This document shows, in pieces, positions 52,601 through 62,071 of a stretch of DNA of 64,000 nt. How positions within the stretch are numbered: the stretch's first letter is position 1; every line of letters starts with the position of its first letter. The stretch comes from Octopus sinensis (lineage: Eukaryota). A program made the translations under genes and the position numbers. The notes under the pieces are model-generated. The model searched no databases. It worked only from the letters and a program-made list of their open reading frames with translations, and had not been told where the DNA came from. The stretch is from the NCBI RefSeq assembly GCF_006345805.1, contig NC_042997.1, forward strand, positions 191,208,001-191,272,000. Reading direction: 5' to 3'.

Positions 52601-55600
52601 TCTATCATACTCTCAATTTTGGTCAACTTGCGCCGCAGGATCTCAGAGGAGATAGTGTTAGTTGGAGGTTACCAAACCTGCCAAACACAGACAACTTCAG
52701 CTTTATATATAGAGAGATAATAACGTACATATTAGTTCTTAATACATTCAAGCAGATTTGAATGTAAATATCTTAATCACTGTTGTAGCTTGTCTATAGA
52801 GAACAACATCTTTCAAACATTGTGTGTTCACAATCCAGGTAAATGGACTAGAGACATCACAGGGTTTCAACCTGGTTGTGTCTCTTCAGTTTTTGTTAAA
52901 TAACTTACTCGTTATTAAACTGGAGACAGACACATAAATTAACCTGAAATTTTGAAAGTTAATTTAAATCACTTTAATACTGGAAGGTAGTTTTCAAAAG
53001 GATTAAATTATTGGTGCTGGTGCCATGCGAAAAGCACCAAGTATACTCTGCAAATTGGTTAGTGTTAGGAAGGGTATCCTGGTGTGAGGCCCCTGGCTTT
53101 GACAGTTTTAGTCAAATCATCCAACCCATGCAGCATGGAAAACAGAAGTTAAATATTGTTGATGATGATGATGGTTTCTGTGCTTTTTCTTGGTTTTATA
53201 AGTCTGTTCACAGGTGGCAGGGGTATAGATTAAATAGCTTCTAGTTTTGTATTTCAGGTTTCTGTATTCTGGATGCACCAGATTTATATTTATCTATATA
53301 TATATAAAGCTGAAGTTGTGTGTGTGTGTGAGGCAGGTTTGGTAGCCTTCAACTAACACTATCTCCTCCGAGACCCTGCGGTGCAAGTTACCAAAATTGA
53401 AAGTATGATAAAAGAAGGCTTGCTCTTCATTCCAAAAATTAACACCAAAAATTATTTACATCAAAAAGGTGCTTTTTCTATGAAAATCCAAATTTTTACG
53501 ATTGTTTTCCTGCTGTGTCACCATTTTTCGGTGTATTTCAACCAGAAAAACGTTCACTTAAAGAGAATAACAAGCTACATAATGCAAAATTTTTACTTTT
53601 CAAAAATTCCAATTCCAAAGGGTCGAAAAGAAAACAAACCTGAGCAACGTCGGGTTATACTGCTAGTATTTATAAAATATATGTCAGTAATATAAATGCA
53701 ACTCAATGCAAAGAAAGGCATGGGAAGAAAATGTAGGGAGATCTCAGAATGTCAAACGCCCATGGGCATATGACAAAAGACTGAGAAAATAGGTGAAAAT
53801 GCTGTCTACCATGCTAAGACAGACTACCAGAGCCTGGTGCAGCTCTGTCAAATGGTCCAACCCATACCAGCATGGAAAATGTATGTTAAAAGGTGATGAT
53901 GACATGTACATGCACACATATACAGAAGTACATACCTTCATGTAGTCCCCTCTCTCTTTCTCTTTCAGAGAGGCACAAGCACATATACACACACGGCAGT
54001 AACTTCTGCCTGCCGAATTCAATCACAAAGCTTTGGTCGGCTCGGGGCTATAGCAGAAGACACCCATCCAAAGTGCCACGCGGTGGGACTGAACCTGAAA
54101 CCATATAGCTAGGAAGCAAGCTCCCTAACCACACAGCCATGCCTGCAGTAGAATTTGGTTCTGTAAATGAACTAATATAATATTAAAAGTTCATGGAGGC
54201 AGGCCTTGCCAAATGGTTAAGACATTTGTTTCGCAACGATGAAAACCTGGGTTCAAGCCTAATGTAGGGCATCTTGTGTAGATACCTTCTTATGGATCAA
54301 TCACTCTTGTGAACAAAACTGAATTAACAGAAACTGTGTGGAAGTCTATTGTGTGTGTGTGTGTAATATGTCGTTTTGTCCTTTCTATCATCACTTGACA
54401 ACAAGTGTTGATTTGTTTACATCCCTGTAACTTAGCAGTTCAGCAAAAGAGACCAATAGAATAAGCACCAGACTTTAAAATAAAAAAAAAGGACCGAGGT
54501 CAATTTGTTTAGTTAAACCCTTCAAGACAGTGCCTCAACATAGCTGCAGTCCAATGAATGAAACAAATAAAAGATGTCAATGGAATACTCAGCCACTTGT
54601 TAATATAAAGCGTTGAATAGCTTAATTAATTGAATAAATGAATGCTCACAATCAAAACTGATGACAGATACATCATCATCATCCTCTTGATCAAATTGTG
54701 AGTGTTAAGTGTTTTGATCAGAGAAAGAAAATAGTGATTAGCTATGCAATGGTGACTAATTAGTGGCCCTAATTATTCAACTACCTGTAATACTCAATAT
54801 CCCATTTGACGAATATTGTAAGTAATTTTACAAGAGATTTAAAATATATCAAATATAATAATTGACTAAGCACCCAGTACACTCTGTAATTTGGTTGGTG
54901 TTAGAAAGGGCATTTGGCCATAGAAATCATAGCAAAGTAGACATTGGCACACAAAAAAATATACAGGGGCCTGACCAGCTGCAACCAGTTTATTCCAGTT
55001 GCTGTCAATAAACATATACACATACATATATATATATACAACGGACTTCTTTCAGTTTCCGTTTACCAAATCCACTCACAAGGATTTGGTTGGCCCGAGG
55101 CTATAGTAGAATACACTTGCCCAAGGCGCCATGCAGTGGGACTGAACCCAGAATCATGTGGTTGGTAAGCAAGTACTTACCACACAGCCACTCCTGCGCC
55201 TATGAAAAAATTCTTTGCATGAAAGAGATGTGAAGACATTCTATGTTTAGATCATGTTCTGGTAACCCTTATACCGTTGTGTGTGACTTTAGTTGATTTA
55301 CCAGTATGGTACTATGTTTAACTCAAGTCAAGTAACAATTTCTACTCACATTTATTTGTTTACCAAGCAAAGTCTCTAGAAGACTATCACGTGTTTGTCA
55401 CTTAAACAAAATGATGTAAGCTAACTAGAGAGTTTCTAGAAAGGTAATCATGAAAATGTGCGTTTCAGATTGTTTACTTTGGATATTTTTTTCTCAAAAG
55501 CATAGAATAATTTGTGAGCTCAGTGGACTTCAGAGCAGCTTAAGTTGTCCAAAAGCAGGAAAATAAGGCTTTATCTTTAGTCGCTGTGTGATAGCCAGGT

Positions 55601-58600
55601 TTTGCAATGTGGTACAGGAAAATCCATACAACAGACAGGAGCTGTGATCATCATCATCATCATTTAATGTCCGTTTTCCATGCTATCATGGGTTGGATGG
55701 TTTTGACTGAGGGCTGGCAACCAGATGGCTGCACCAGGCTTCAGTCTTGATCTGGCAGAGTTCCTACAGCTGGATGCCCTTCCCAACGCCAACCACTCCG
55801 AGAGTGTAGTGGGTGCTTTTTATGTGCCACATGCACGGGGGCCAGTCAGGCGGTAGTGGCAATGACCTCGCTCGAATCTTTTTACATGTGCCACTGACCT
55901 GGTGCCAGTGAAGCAACGTTGGTAACGATCACGCTCGAATGGTGCCCTTTTACATGCCACAGGTACGGAAGCCAGTTGGCTGCTCTGGCAACGATCACGC
56001 TCGGATGGTGTTCTTGGCACCCTAGTAGCACAGGCATAAGTGCCAGTAAGGCGATGCTGGTAACGATCATACTCGAATAGCCGCTCTGTCAACGATCACA
56101 CTCGTATGATGCTCTTTGCACTTTGCTCTTTGATAGGCAGGGAAACCCCTTACTGTCATCATTTAATGTCCGCATTTCCATGTTTGTAATGGTCAGACAG
56201 AATTTGTTAAGACAGATTTTTTTCTCTATGGACAGACACCCTCTTCTCGCAAACGCTCACTTGTTTCCAAGCAAAGTAATATTTTTCTGAAGCTAAACAT
56301 GTCTTTCATGGAAGACTGGAAACAAACAACCTTACTTGTATGATGATGATGGTTATCTATAACCATCTAGTGATGTCGAAACAAGGGTTTCATTCATTCA
56401 TACATACATACATACATACATATGATGGGTTTCTTTCAGTCTCTGTCAACCAAATTCACTCACAAGGCTTGGTTAACCTGGGACTCATAGTAGAAAACAC
56501 TTGCCCAAAGTAGCAAACAGTGGGGCTGAACCCAAGACTACATGGTTGGGAAGTGAGCTTCTTAACAGCAAAGTCATGCCTATGTCAAAACCTTGCATTC
56601 AAATTTGAAACTTCTAGCTTATGAAATCCTGAAAAACCAAATGTTTAAACCTTAAGACCATGACATCAATTTATGTGACATAACAATAAAATTGTAAAAT
56701 TTAAGGTTCATTGTTTCTGTCAGTACAGATAGATACATTCAACAAGGTTTTTGGCATTGCCAATTCAATTCTGATACTAAAGACAATGCAACACTGAAAG
56801 GGCTAATGGAACCAAGAAAGCTACTGGTTCGACCACAGATCCATGGAGATGTAACCACTAAGCAGCTGTTAGTACTATGTGACTGATGATACTTTGTTAA
56901 ATGTTCAAATGTATTTAGTAATGAGAATTCTGTCTATCAGTGGATGAATTTTAACCCTTTCATTGCAAAATTACATTTCATGGATATTCCAGTAATGATG
57001 ATCTACCAAAAATATAATTGGTATTTTCTGCAAGATACTTTGCCTTAATAGTTTTGACACATCTCAAAAGAAAAAAAACTTTTAGACATTACATTCAACT
57101 AAAGATAGACTCATTTATAAAACTGCTTTCTATGTAGTTAAGAGTAATGAAATTTTGAACGGATATGCCTGATTTCTGCAGTAAAGGGGCTAAAAATATC
57201 TTATTGTTTCTCTTCCAGTGATATGTTATACAATTGTGAGGGAGAGGGTACCTTCAATTCAAATCCAACCAGATTTAATTTATTTGTGCTCCAGTGATTG
57301 CTCAAAAAAAAAAAAAAACTAATTAAAAGATATGCTAAAATAATTAGACTGTATCAGACATATCAGCTATGTTTAGGTTGGCTACTCATGTGTTTGGAAT
57401 CATCTCAAATAGAATAAAGTGAAAGTAGAAAATATTAACTTTTAATATAGCTAAAAATAAGAGGGCAGCAAGCTGACAGAACAGTTAGCACGCTGGGCAA
57501 AATGCTTAGAAGTATTTTGTCTGTCTTTATGTCTTGAGTTCAAATTATGCCAAGGTATACTTTGTCTTTCGTCCTTTCGGGGTCGAATAAAATAAGTCAA
57601 TGTAATCAACTTAACCCCTACTCCAAAATTGCTGCCCTTGTGCCAAAATATGAAACCAGTATAGCTAAAACTATTAAATTAAATTTCTGAAACAATATAT
57701 TTAAACTGAATTATAAAATAGACAGAATCAACTTTAACTGATTTAAATCAGTATATTCCTGGCCAGGGCCAGCCCTAGGGTTGCTGGCACTCCAGGGAAG
57801 CTGAACTTTGGCATGTACAAGCTGACGGTTGTGGAAATTTCCTTGTCTTTGTCACACCCTCCTTTGTGCCCCCTAGCACATGGCGTCCCGGGCGCAAAAT
57901 TTTTTTCCCCACGAGAGTTCCGGACACAGTAATGAACTCATTTGCATACAGCCAATCAGAGCACATCTAGACCTCCTTGTTGCCAAGTCAACAAAAACAC
58001 TACTAAATAAACACAAAATGAAGAACAGTGTTGTAAGTCGACCGATCGTCAAATTATGCATGATTTTAGGAAACAAGCAATTAGACCTATTATCGGATTT
58101 TGTTAGGGCCTCATATGGGGAAAATGTGGGTAGAGCGTGATGTGCTAGCAACCCTCTTCCCTTACTGTTTTTCAAAGTAAACAATACAAATAACTACGCA
58201 GAGGCAGCCATGGTAAGAACAAGCATCATTAAAAGGGAAAAGAAGCATGGTCATTCCTTACTCAAGTGACCTTATCTTATCGCCCATCACTTGTTATACG
58301 CTCATAAATTAGTTTGATTGTTGAGCTCTGATGGCTGTATGAAAATGCGGTCAGAACTGGGGTCCGGAACTTTCGTGGGGAAAAAAATTCGCGTCGCGGC
58401 CGGCTGCCCAGTTGCCGGTACCTTGAGCCGGCCTTGTTCTAGGCAATGCTAGTTAGCGCACAGCAACTAATTGAATTAAATTACGTTGTCTTTCGTCCTT
58501 TTTTCCGAAGACAAAGGAATAACGACCAGACAAAAGTATAGGGACCCATGTACCCCAGTATGGCCGCATGCAAATGAGAATCCTGTAAGAGAATACTGCT

Positions 58601-59271
58601 TGTAATCATTATGGCTCACACAAATTCTTTCCTCAGCGGTTGTATTGCTGTATGTGTGTGTATGTTACTGTATAACATGCCATCTGTTAATTGAAGATAA
58701 CACTTGTCAAAACAGTGAAGTTAATAAGTCCCCGGTATAGCCATATTTTGAAACGTGGTTATTAAATAAATTAATAATTATCATTTAACGTCTGGTAAAT
58801 GTTTTATGATCTGAGCAAAAATGCGAGAAAGAGGGGAAATAATGCTATTTCTGTATTCAACATCGCATCATCTATGTTTCATGCAATCTAAGTTTTCTAT
58901 GTAAAAATACCAGATAACCGTGTGAAAACATTTAAGAAATAATATATATATATAATTTAAGGAGAGGAAGCCGTGACAGTGCCATGGTTAAAATTGCGCA
59001 AGTAATGAAATATTCCCAAATTGTTATTTCTTTTGTTGGTGAACCTTGGAACACGGTTACAAAATAAAAACTTTACAACAAACATAATACAAAACCTGCA
59101 AATGATAAAGTGCGTGTTTAACACTGGGTTTAAACTCGAATCCAGCTGGAAGGCGTGCAACAGTAATAGTCAGTGAAGAGAGGAATTGAAAGTGAATAAA
59201 ATATTATAGTTACCTGAACGACAGTTATAGATAATCAACAGTGCTGACATGATGAAGACTCCCTCTTTCAT
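1540..59271 (-). CDS. crb: Crumbs orthologue, 17 coding exons (signal peptide, 23 EGF, LamG, EGF, LamG, partial EGF); 3' end lies outside the window
   Basis: Join 59271-59214, 41210-41082, 38662-38576, 35580-35467, 30901-30762, 28330-28117, 23477-23300, 23204-23078, 19158-19005, 15922-15584, 14072-13749, 12770-12648, 11066-10871, 8487-8373, 6695-6482, 4101-3118, 2206-1540. All GT-AG, phases match, frame open. Crumbs hallmarks: inserted EGF ([21 protein letters not shown]), [13 protein letters not shown], and LamG domains alternating with single EGFs. Confidence 0.9.
3118..4101 (-). CDS. crb: crb exon 16, EGF21-23, LamG1, EGF24
   Basis: ORF 3107-4156; caag acceptor, gtaagt donor, phase 1-1; [21 protein letters not shown] laminin-G motifs. 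Confidence 0.95.
4981..5050 (+). ncRNA. Second, differently decayed copy of the hammerhead-bearing repeat
   Basis: AAGACAC CTGAAGA TGGGTG..CAGCT GTAA TATAGTG..AAAATGAGGAC aligns by eye with the 9653-9700 copy; CUGAAGA intact, GAAA mutated to GTAA. Confidence 0.4.
5140..6118 (+). mobile_element. Family A retroelement 3' end with (GAT)n tail and expanded array of ~55-bp modules; includes a ~270-bp tandem duplication
   Basis: Repeated CACCATCCGAGCGTGGCCGTTTGCCAGCCTCGTCTGGCACCTGTGTCGGTGGCACATAAAAA, then AGGAAGGGCATCCAGC..CATGCTAGCATGGAAAGCGGACGTTAAAT(GAT)n. Other family A copies at ~127, 945, 16890, 23546, 30120, 33858, 37740, 38870, 55648 and 63600. Confidence 0.85.
6482..6695 (-). CDS. crb: crb exon 15, end of EGF19 and the Crumbs-typical inserted EGF20
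   Basis: NYTCKC...[39 protein letters not shown]; phase 0-1, gtgag donor. Confidence 0.93.
6878..7270 (-). mobile_element. tRNA-derived SINE family B, head plus two bodies
   Basis: Two tandem bodies ctacccacaagggg..gtcgacctcggc..; TSD-like ttttaggcttaatacc/ttttaggtttaatacc on the flanks. Confidence 0.85.
8373..8487 (-). CDS. crb: crb exon 14, end of EGF18 and part of EGF19
   Basis: [15 protein letters not shown]...CIDGVK; phase 2-0. Confidence 0.92.
9653..9700 (-). ncRNA. Degenerate minimal type I hammerhead ribozyme motif (Penelope pLTR-like)
   Basis: Minus strand reads AAGACAC CTGATAA AGGCTG atgggtatat CAGCT GAAA TGTT GTGTT. Stem I GACAC/GTGTT, stem II AGGCTG/CAGCT, GAAA intact, CUGAUGA core mutated to CUGAUAA. 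Confidence 0.55.
10628..10841. mobile_element. piggyBac-type MITE, second family
   Basis: TTAA-CCCCTTAGCATT ... AATACTAAAGAG-TTAA; resembles 38160-38378 in the opposite orientation. Confidence 0.7.
10871..11066 (-). CDS. crb: crb exon 13, EGF17 and part of EGF18
   Basis: [11 protein letters not shown]...CKDLLN; phase 1-2, gtaagg donor. Confidence 0.93.
11259..11478. mobile_element. piggyBac-type MITE
   Basis: TTAA-CCCTTTAGTTAC ... GTAACGAAAGGG-TTAA. Confidence 0.8.
12648..12770 (-). CDS. crb: crb exon 12, EGF16
   Basis: [24 protein letters not shown]...CRVGFT; phase 1-1. Confidence 0.92.
13749..14072 (-). CDS. crb: crb exon 11, EGF14-15 with loop insertions
   Basis: ORF 13735-14070; cag acceptor at 14074-14073, gtaagt donor, phase 1-1. 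Confidence 0.92.
14260..14455 (+). mobile_element. CR1/L2-group LINE RT C-terminal fragment
   Basis: [49 protein letters not shown]. Confidence 0.8.
14435..14665. repeat. 21-bp minisatellite (CATTGAAGCTCCGACGTCTGG) x11
   Basis: Units start every 21 bp from 14435; seven central units are identical. Confidence 0.95.
15584..15922 (-). CDS. crb: crb exon 10, EGF11-13
   Basis: [11 protein letters not shown]...CDCPI; includes ORF 15576-15848; phase 1-1. Confidence 0.93.
16130..16890 (+). repeat. Unclassified interspersed repeat (family F), two tandem pieces
   Basis: GGGACCCACTTGCAAAGTCATGC.CTGTTTATCTTGATATGAG at ~16252 and ~16713; inverted copies at ~12920-13330 and ~29560-30060. Confidence 0.7.
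18617..18980 (-). mobile_element. Full-length young tRNA-derived SINE (family D) with (ATT)n tail
   Basis: Minus-strand head GGAGGCGCAATGGCCTAGTGG (A box) ... GGTTTCGATTCCC (B box); CpG-rich; related copies at ~28960-29170 and ~48760-49022. Confidence 0.85.
19005..19158 (-). CDS. crb: crb exon 9, EGF9-10
   Basis: [17 protein letters not shown]...CVPGYE; phase 0-1, GT-AG. Confidence 0.92.
19295..19555. repeat. Perfect 100-bp inverted repeat with a 61-nt AT spacer
   Basis: 19295-19394 is the exact reverse complement of 19456-19555 (checked by hand). Confidence 0.95.
20200..20700 (+). mobile_element. RTE-clade LINE 3' fragment
   Basis: ORF 20227-20718 contains [41 protein letters not shown]. 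Confidence 0.8.
22700..23050. repeat. ~350-nt low-complexity purine-rich tract (pyrimidine-rich on the crb sense strand)
   Basis: Dominated by G and A on plus; explains spurious ORFs 22682-23071, 22696-23067 and 22811-23290. Confidence 0.8.
23078..23204 (-). CDS. crb: crb exon 8, end of EGF8 and part of EGF9
   Basis: [12 protein letters not shown]...GGVCIDL; ttcag acceptor, gtaagt donor, phase 2-0; preceded by a 95-nt intron. Confidence 0.92.
23300..23477 (-). CDS. crb: crb exon 7, EGF7 and part of EGF8
   Basis: [17 protein letters not shown]...CQNNA; the frame requires the gtgggt donor at 23299; phase 1-2. Confidence 0.88.
24445..24860 (+). mobile_element. tRNA-derived SINE family C with internal (TA)/(TG) microsatellite (representative copy)
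   Basis: TGGCTGTGTGGTAAG (A box), GAGTTCAGTCCC (B box), tail ..AAATGACTGAAAC..AAAAGAG. Other copies at ~34965, 39975, 45395, 47545, 51650 and 63915. Confidence 0.85.
25029..25262 (+). mobile_element. tRNA-derived SINE family B monomer (representative copy)
   Basis: GGCGGCAAGCTGGCAGAAACG..GAGTTCAAATTCC (B box)..TAAAGAAATAG. Other copies at ~4375, 6125, 13416, 37078, 41770, 42525, 43885 and 62410. Confidence 0.85.
25685..26620 (+). mobile_element. RTE-clade LINE 3' remnant (RT C-terminus and 3' UTR), split by the solo LTR
   Basis: ORF 25685-25981 contains [29 protein letters not shown], typical of the RTE RT C-terminus; continues into gtgccacataaaaag modules. Confidence 0.7.
26093..26527 (-). 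mobile_element. Solo LTR, 435 bp, probably Ty3/Gypsy-type
   Basis: TGTA...TACA ends; 4-bp TSD GATC at 26089-26092 and 26528-26531; AATAAA on minus at 26216-26211; CpG-rich; interrupts an RTE LINE 3' end. Confidence 0.72.
28117..28330 (-). CDS. crb: crb exon 6, EGF5-6
   Basis: [16 protein letters not shown]...CECKPGFN; long pyrimidine tract acceptor, gtaagt donor, phase 0-1. Confidence 0.92.
30762..30901 (-). CDS. crb: crb exon 5, EGF4
   Basis: [21 protein letters not shown]...GPMCE; tttag acceptor, gtcagt donor, phase 1-0. Confidence 0.9.
30986..31497. repeat. ~150-bp tandem triplication with an embedded palindrome
   Basis: TACCTTTTGA.GTA.AGATT..AAATAATTTTTTGTAACTAAACAC..CACATTAAAG x3. Confidence 0.9.
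31620..31747. repeat. Degenerate interstitial telomere-like (TAACCC)n tract
   Basis: aaccctaaccctaaaactttaaccctaaccctaacc...; a short tract also at ~45907-45922. Confidence 0.75.
32540..33590. repeat. Minisatellite, ~130-140 bp unit x8
   Basis: Recurring TTTCAATGAAAACTATTAATACATAC anchor separated by CA/TA-rich variable spacers. Confidence 0.92.
35467..35580 (-). CDS. crb: crb exon 4, end of EGF2 and most of EGF3
   Basis: [19 protein letters not shown]...; tag acceptor, gtaagg donor, phase 1-1. Confidence 0.92.
38160..38378. mobile_element. piggyBac-type MITE, second family
   Basis: TTAA-CCCTTTAGCATT ... AAACACTAAAGGG-TTAA. Confidence 0.78.
38576..38662 (-). CDS. crb: crb exon 3, EGF2 ([15 protein letters not shown]...CNCLP)
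   Basis: cag acceptor, gtaagt donor, phase 1-1. Confidence 0.9.
41082..41210 (-). CDS. crb: crb exon 2, EGF1 ([18 protein letters not shown]...RNCELNL)
   Basis: ttcag acceptor, gtaagt donor, six-Cys calcium-binding EGF, phase 1-1. Confidence 0.92.
42757..43150. repeat. 193-bp tandem duplication joined by (TA)n
   Basis: gcatgcatgcgcgtgtcc..gaaagctatata at 42764 and 42957; the two copies look identical outside the (TA)n. Confidence 0.92.
44515..44925 (-). mobile_element. tRNA-derived SINE family B, head plus two bodies
   Basis: Same tandem arrangement and junction as 6878-7270. Confidence 0.85.
46529..46894 (+). mobile_element. Helentron/HINE-like non-autonomous element, copy 1
   Basis: Starts ACTAGCAGTATCACCCGG, subterminal inverted caggtttg/caaacctg, ends CAGCTTTATATATAG; class assigned from structure only. 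Confidence 0.55.
49040..49280 (-). mobile_element. tRNA-derived SINE family E (representative copy)
   Basis: Minus-strand head GTGGCTTAGTGGTTAGG..GTTTCGATTCCTGG. Related pieces at ~4560-4680, 21360-21685, 28670-28860 and 47180-47480. Confidence 0.75.
51186..51369. mobile_element. hAT-like MITE nested in a SINE
   Basis: TIRs caagggcagagctagg and rc caggggcatagctacg; TSD ctcacaag/ctcacaaa; flanks rejoin into the SINE motif ctcacaaggctttggtc. Confidence 0.75.
52321..52712 (+). mobile_element. Helentron/HINE-like element, copy 2
   Basis: Same termini and body as 46529-46894. Confidence 0.6.
53292..53667 (-). mobile_element. Helentron/HINE-like element, copy 3 (inverted)
   Basis: Reverse complement of copy 2: ...CTATATATAAAGCTG...CGGGTTATACTGCTAGT. 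Confidence 0.6.
57764..58436. mobile_element. Non-autonomous hAT-like DNA transposon, 673 bp
   Basis: TIRs CAGGGCCAGCCCTAGG and rc CAAGGCCGGCTCAAGG; degenerate 8-bp TSD ttcctggc/ttctaggc; subterminal inverted block ttttccccacgagagttccggac at ~57900-57925 with its reverse complement at ~58361-58387. Confidence 0.7.
59214..59271 (-). CDS. crb: crb coding exon 1, signal peptide [19 protein letters not shown]
   Basis: ATG with A at -3, short hydrophobic stretch, donor AG|gtaact in phase 1 matching the next exon. Lies 18 kb upstream of exon 2, so less certain than the EGF exons. Confidence 0.7.
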
Positions 59272-62071
59272 TGTGAAAACTGAACATGTGTACAACTTTA
59301 CAGACGTTCAGAACACAGAAGATTATTTCGGGTGTTTACGGATTAATTTGGAAGTACTTTGGTAGTTAGAATGTTGACAGAATGAGAGAAATAATTAAAG
59401 GGAATTTTAAAATATAAAATGGAAAACAAAAGAGATCTACAGCTAAGCAAACGGATAATTCATTCCTCTAGTCTCGATCATATTGTAGAGAAAATAGCAG
59501 GTAATACTAACAGGTGCTGGACTAAGAAAAGTTGTACTAAACTTTTGCCTAGGGCCTAATGTGACAACCTGGTTAAAAAGTGAGATAGTTATGAAAAGGG
59601 CATTGTTGGCAACATTAAACATTCAATTGCCTGGGGAGAGTAAAAAAAAAAAGGTGATGGTGACAGTGGTGGTGGTACTTTCCAGTTGTTATAAGTTGTA
59701 TGTGTGTTCGGGCAGAAGAAAGTGATGTTATTCAGTTTGGGGAGTAACACATTAAAATAGTTAAAAATTACCATGGACATGAAGTGAGCATTTTAGCTGA
59801 TGTAAAAAGTTGTGAAACATTGATGAGAAGTAGTCTTGAAGTGAACTTTTTTTTTTTTCACATAGCTGTCCCTGGAACTACAATAATATAATTAAATCCA
59901 GGTAAGACATTAATGACACTTGTATTACTAGTCGCTAATTGAGAAAACAAATCAGTCAACAATAAACTATTTATAACCCAAGGTGAATCATACATTAAAA
60001 AACCACCAATGTTTTAGATATCAAATTAAATTTTATAATCCTTTCCACTATAAATATTTTAACATTTGAAAGAAGAAAAGATGACAAATTGATTTATTCG
60101 TTTTTACATTTTGATTTACTCAGATTTTTACAGATGTTAAATAACCAAAAATTATATGAAAATTTATAAAATAGAATTAACAATGTTATATAAAGATTTT
60201 TTTAAAATTGTCCGTTATTCAGTTAAAACTTTTGTGCTTCCCTCAATATTAAAGTTGGTAAAATTTTAAAAAGATTACTTTTACGAAATTTCAGAGTGTT
60301 TCTCATTTACGGAAATAAATTTGTTTATGGATAGAAAAATTACCAGTTTCCTGGTTTATTATTACATATGTATTTCATATAATAAAATACTGTTACATAT
60401 ATTTAAAAAGTAACCAGTCGAACGACATCAATCTTATGAATCAACTAATTTATGAAAGAAAACAAAAAAATATTGAACTGGTTTCGTGAAAATTTTTTTT
60501 TCTGTCAAGCATAATAAACTTAAGGATTAATTTAGATTGAGTGAAAGAACGACTAATATCTATTTGACAGGAAGGAAAGGAATCTAGACTATGTGAGATG
60601 ATGAAACAAGATGATGAATGCCCAACGTATTTTACTAGAGTTCATGAACTAATCTGAAAGTAACAGAGAGATAAACACTCACCATAAACAAACTTGAGCT
60701 GAGGAAGTTAGAGGAAAATAAATACAGGTGTTGAATTGTGATACATTGTAAGGGAAAGCATAGATAACTTTTCAATTGTTTAAAAAAAATTTTATATACC
60801 CGATTTAAATATATGTTTTGTTAAAATACCAAACAGGTGTCTGTCTACTTGTCTGTCTAGCAAGAGAGGAGAGAGAGTGTATAAGAAAAATTACAATTCT
60901 ATCAGCGCCCGGTTACCATGTGACAACTGTTGAGACATGAAAATAATTAGTGCTCCAGAATTTTGGTGGACTACATATCACTTAGACACACCTGTGCTTA
61001 AAAACTGATTCGGGCAGACAGTTTCTTTTTTTTAATTGTCTCTCTCCTCCTACTCAGTTTTCTGTCTATACAAGCTTTCTCTTCCTCTTTGTCCTTCTTC
61101 ATCTCTTGCCTCTTTCACATTCCTCTTCCCTCTCTCTCTCTGTTTCTTACATTTCTTATTCCCTCCCAATACCAGGTAGCGGTTGATGACAACACTGAAC
61201 TATACAAGTTTATGGATCCGGTAATAACTACTCCTAAATGAAAGAATAAAATAAAATAGAACAAAAGCCAGCATGTCAGAAGTTAACACAAAAGAACGAA
61301 AAGAAAGAGAGCGATGTCAAGGTGTTACTATCAACAACACCACTCTAAGCCAAGTCAAATTTTGCTGAGATTTGCTATTAAACAAATTTGAACATCACTG
61401 GCCTACCCACCTCAGCTGATGGTTTACTAAAATTGTTGCTAGTTGAACGAACAAGGGAAGGAGATGATGATGATGTAGACAATACAAAGACATCTTTTCA
61501 CAACGTAAGAAGACACTCTTCGGGTGGCAAATATATCAGGATGTAAATATGATAACGAGCAGGAAGAGGAACAATAATAAAGAGGTTCCAGAATTCGGAA
61601 GTGATATGACTCAGCAGAGTAACCAAAAGGAAATTGGCCACACCCTATACAGGTAACAGGACCCTACACACGTACCTGTATAAGTTGCTTTATGTCGAAC
61701 GAACGAGAAAGGAATGCTCATTACATATTGTAGAGGTTTTGTTTTTGTTTTCTTTGCTTTTTTTTTTTACTGCTGCTGAGTTTGTCTCGCGGAAGATCAG
61801 TGGTATGACACACTCGAGTCACGAGACAACCTCTCAGCTTCAGTTGCAAAAAAAAAAAACTAACTATATGTACATATGCCCCATCTTAAGACGTTGCTCA
61901 TTTTATCATTTCATAATTTTTTTTTCTTATACATATAATTGTGTGTAAGGTTGAGAGATAAGCTCAAGAATCAAGAATTTTCCCAAAATGGCATGCTTAA
62001 AAGTAAAAAAAAAAATGATTATCTGGAGACTCTAGGATAGCTATAGATACATGTTTCTGCTTCAATAGGCA

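Noticed and set aside
57880-58140. Transposase ORF within the hAT-like element
   Set aside because: Only 86 aa, with no recognisable DDE, BED or dimerisation motif; the element is non-autonomous.
1540-59271. Notch, Delta/Serrate, eyes shut or Slit as the identity of the EGF-rich gene
   Set aside because: No LNR, DSL or LRR domain is seen. The inserted EGF with FSY..ASGY, the [13 protein letters not shown] motif and the LamG-EGF-LamG order match Crumbs.
61176-61640. Plus-strand exon after a pyrimidine tract, or a neighbouring gene
   Set aside because: The frame closes after ~21 codons. Downstream sequence only faintly resembles a decayed LINE and cannot be supported.
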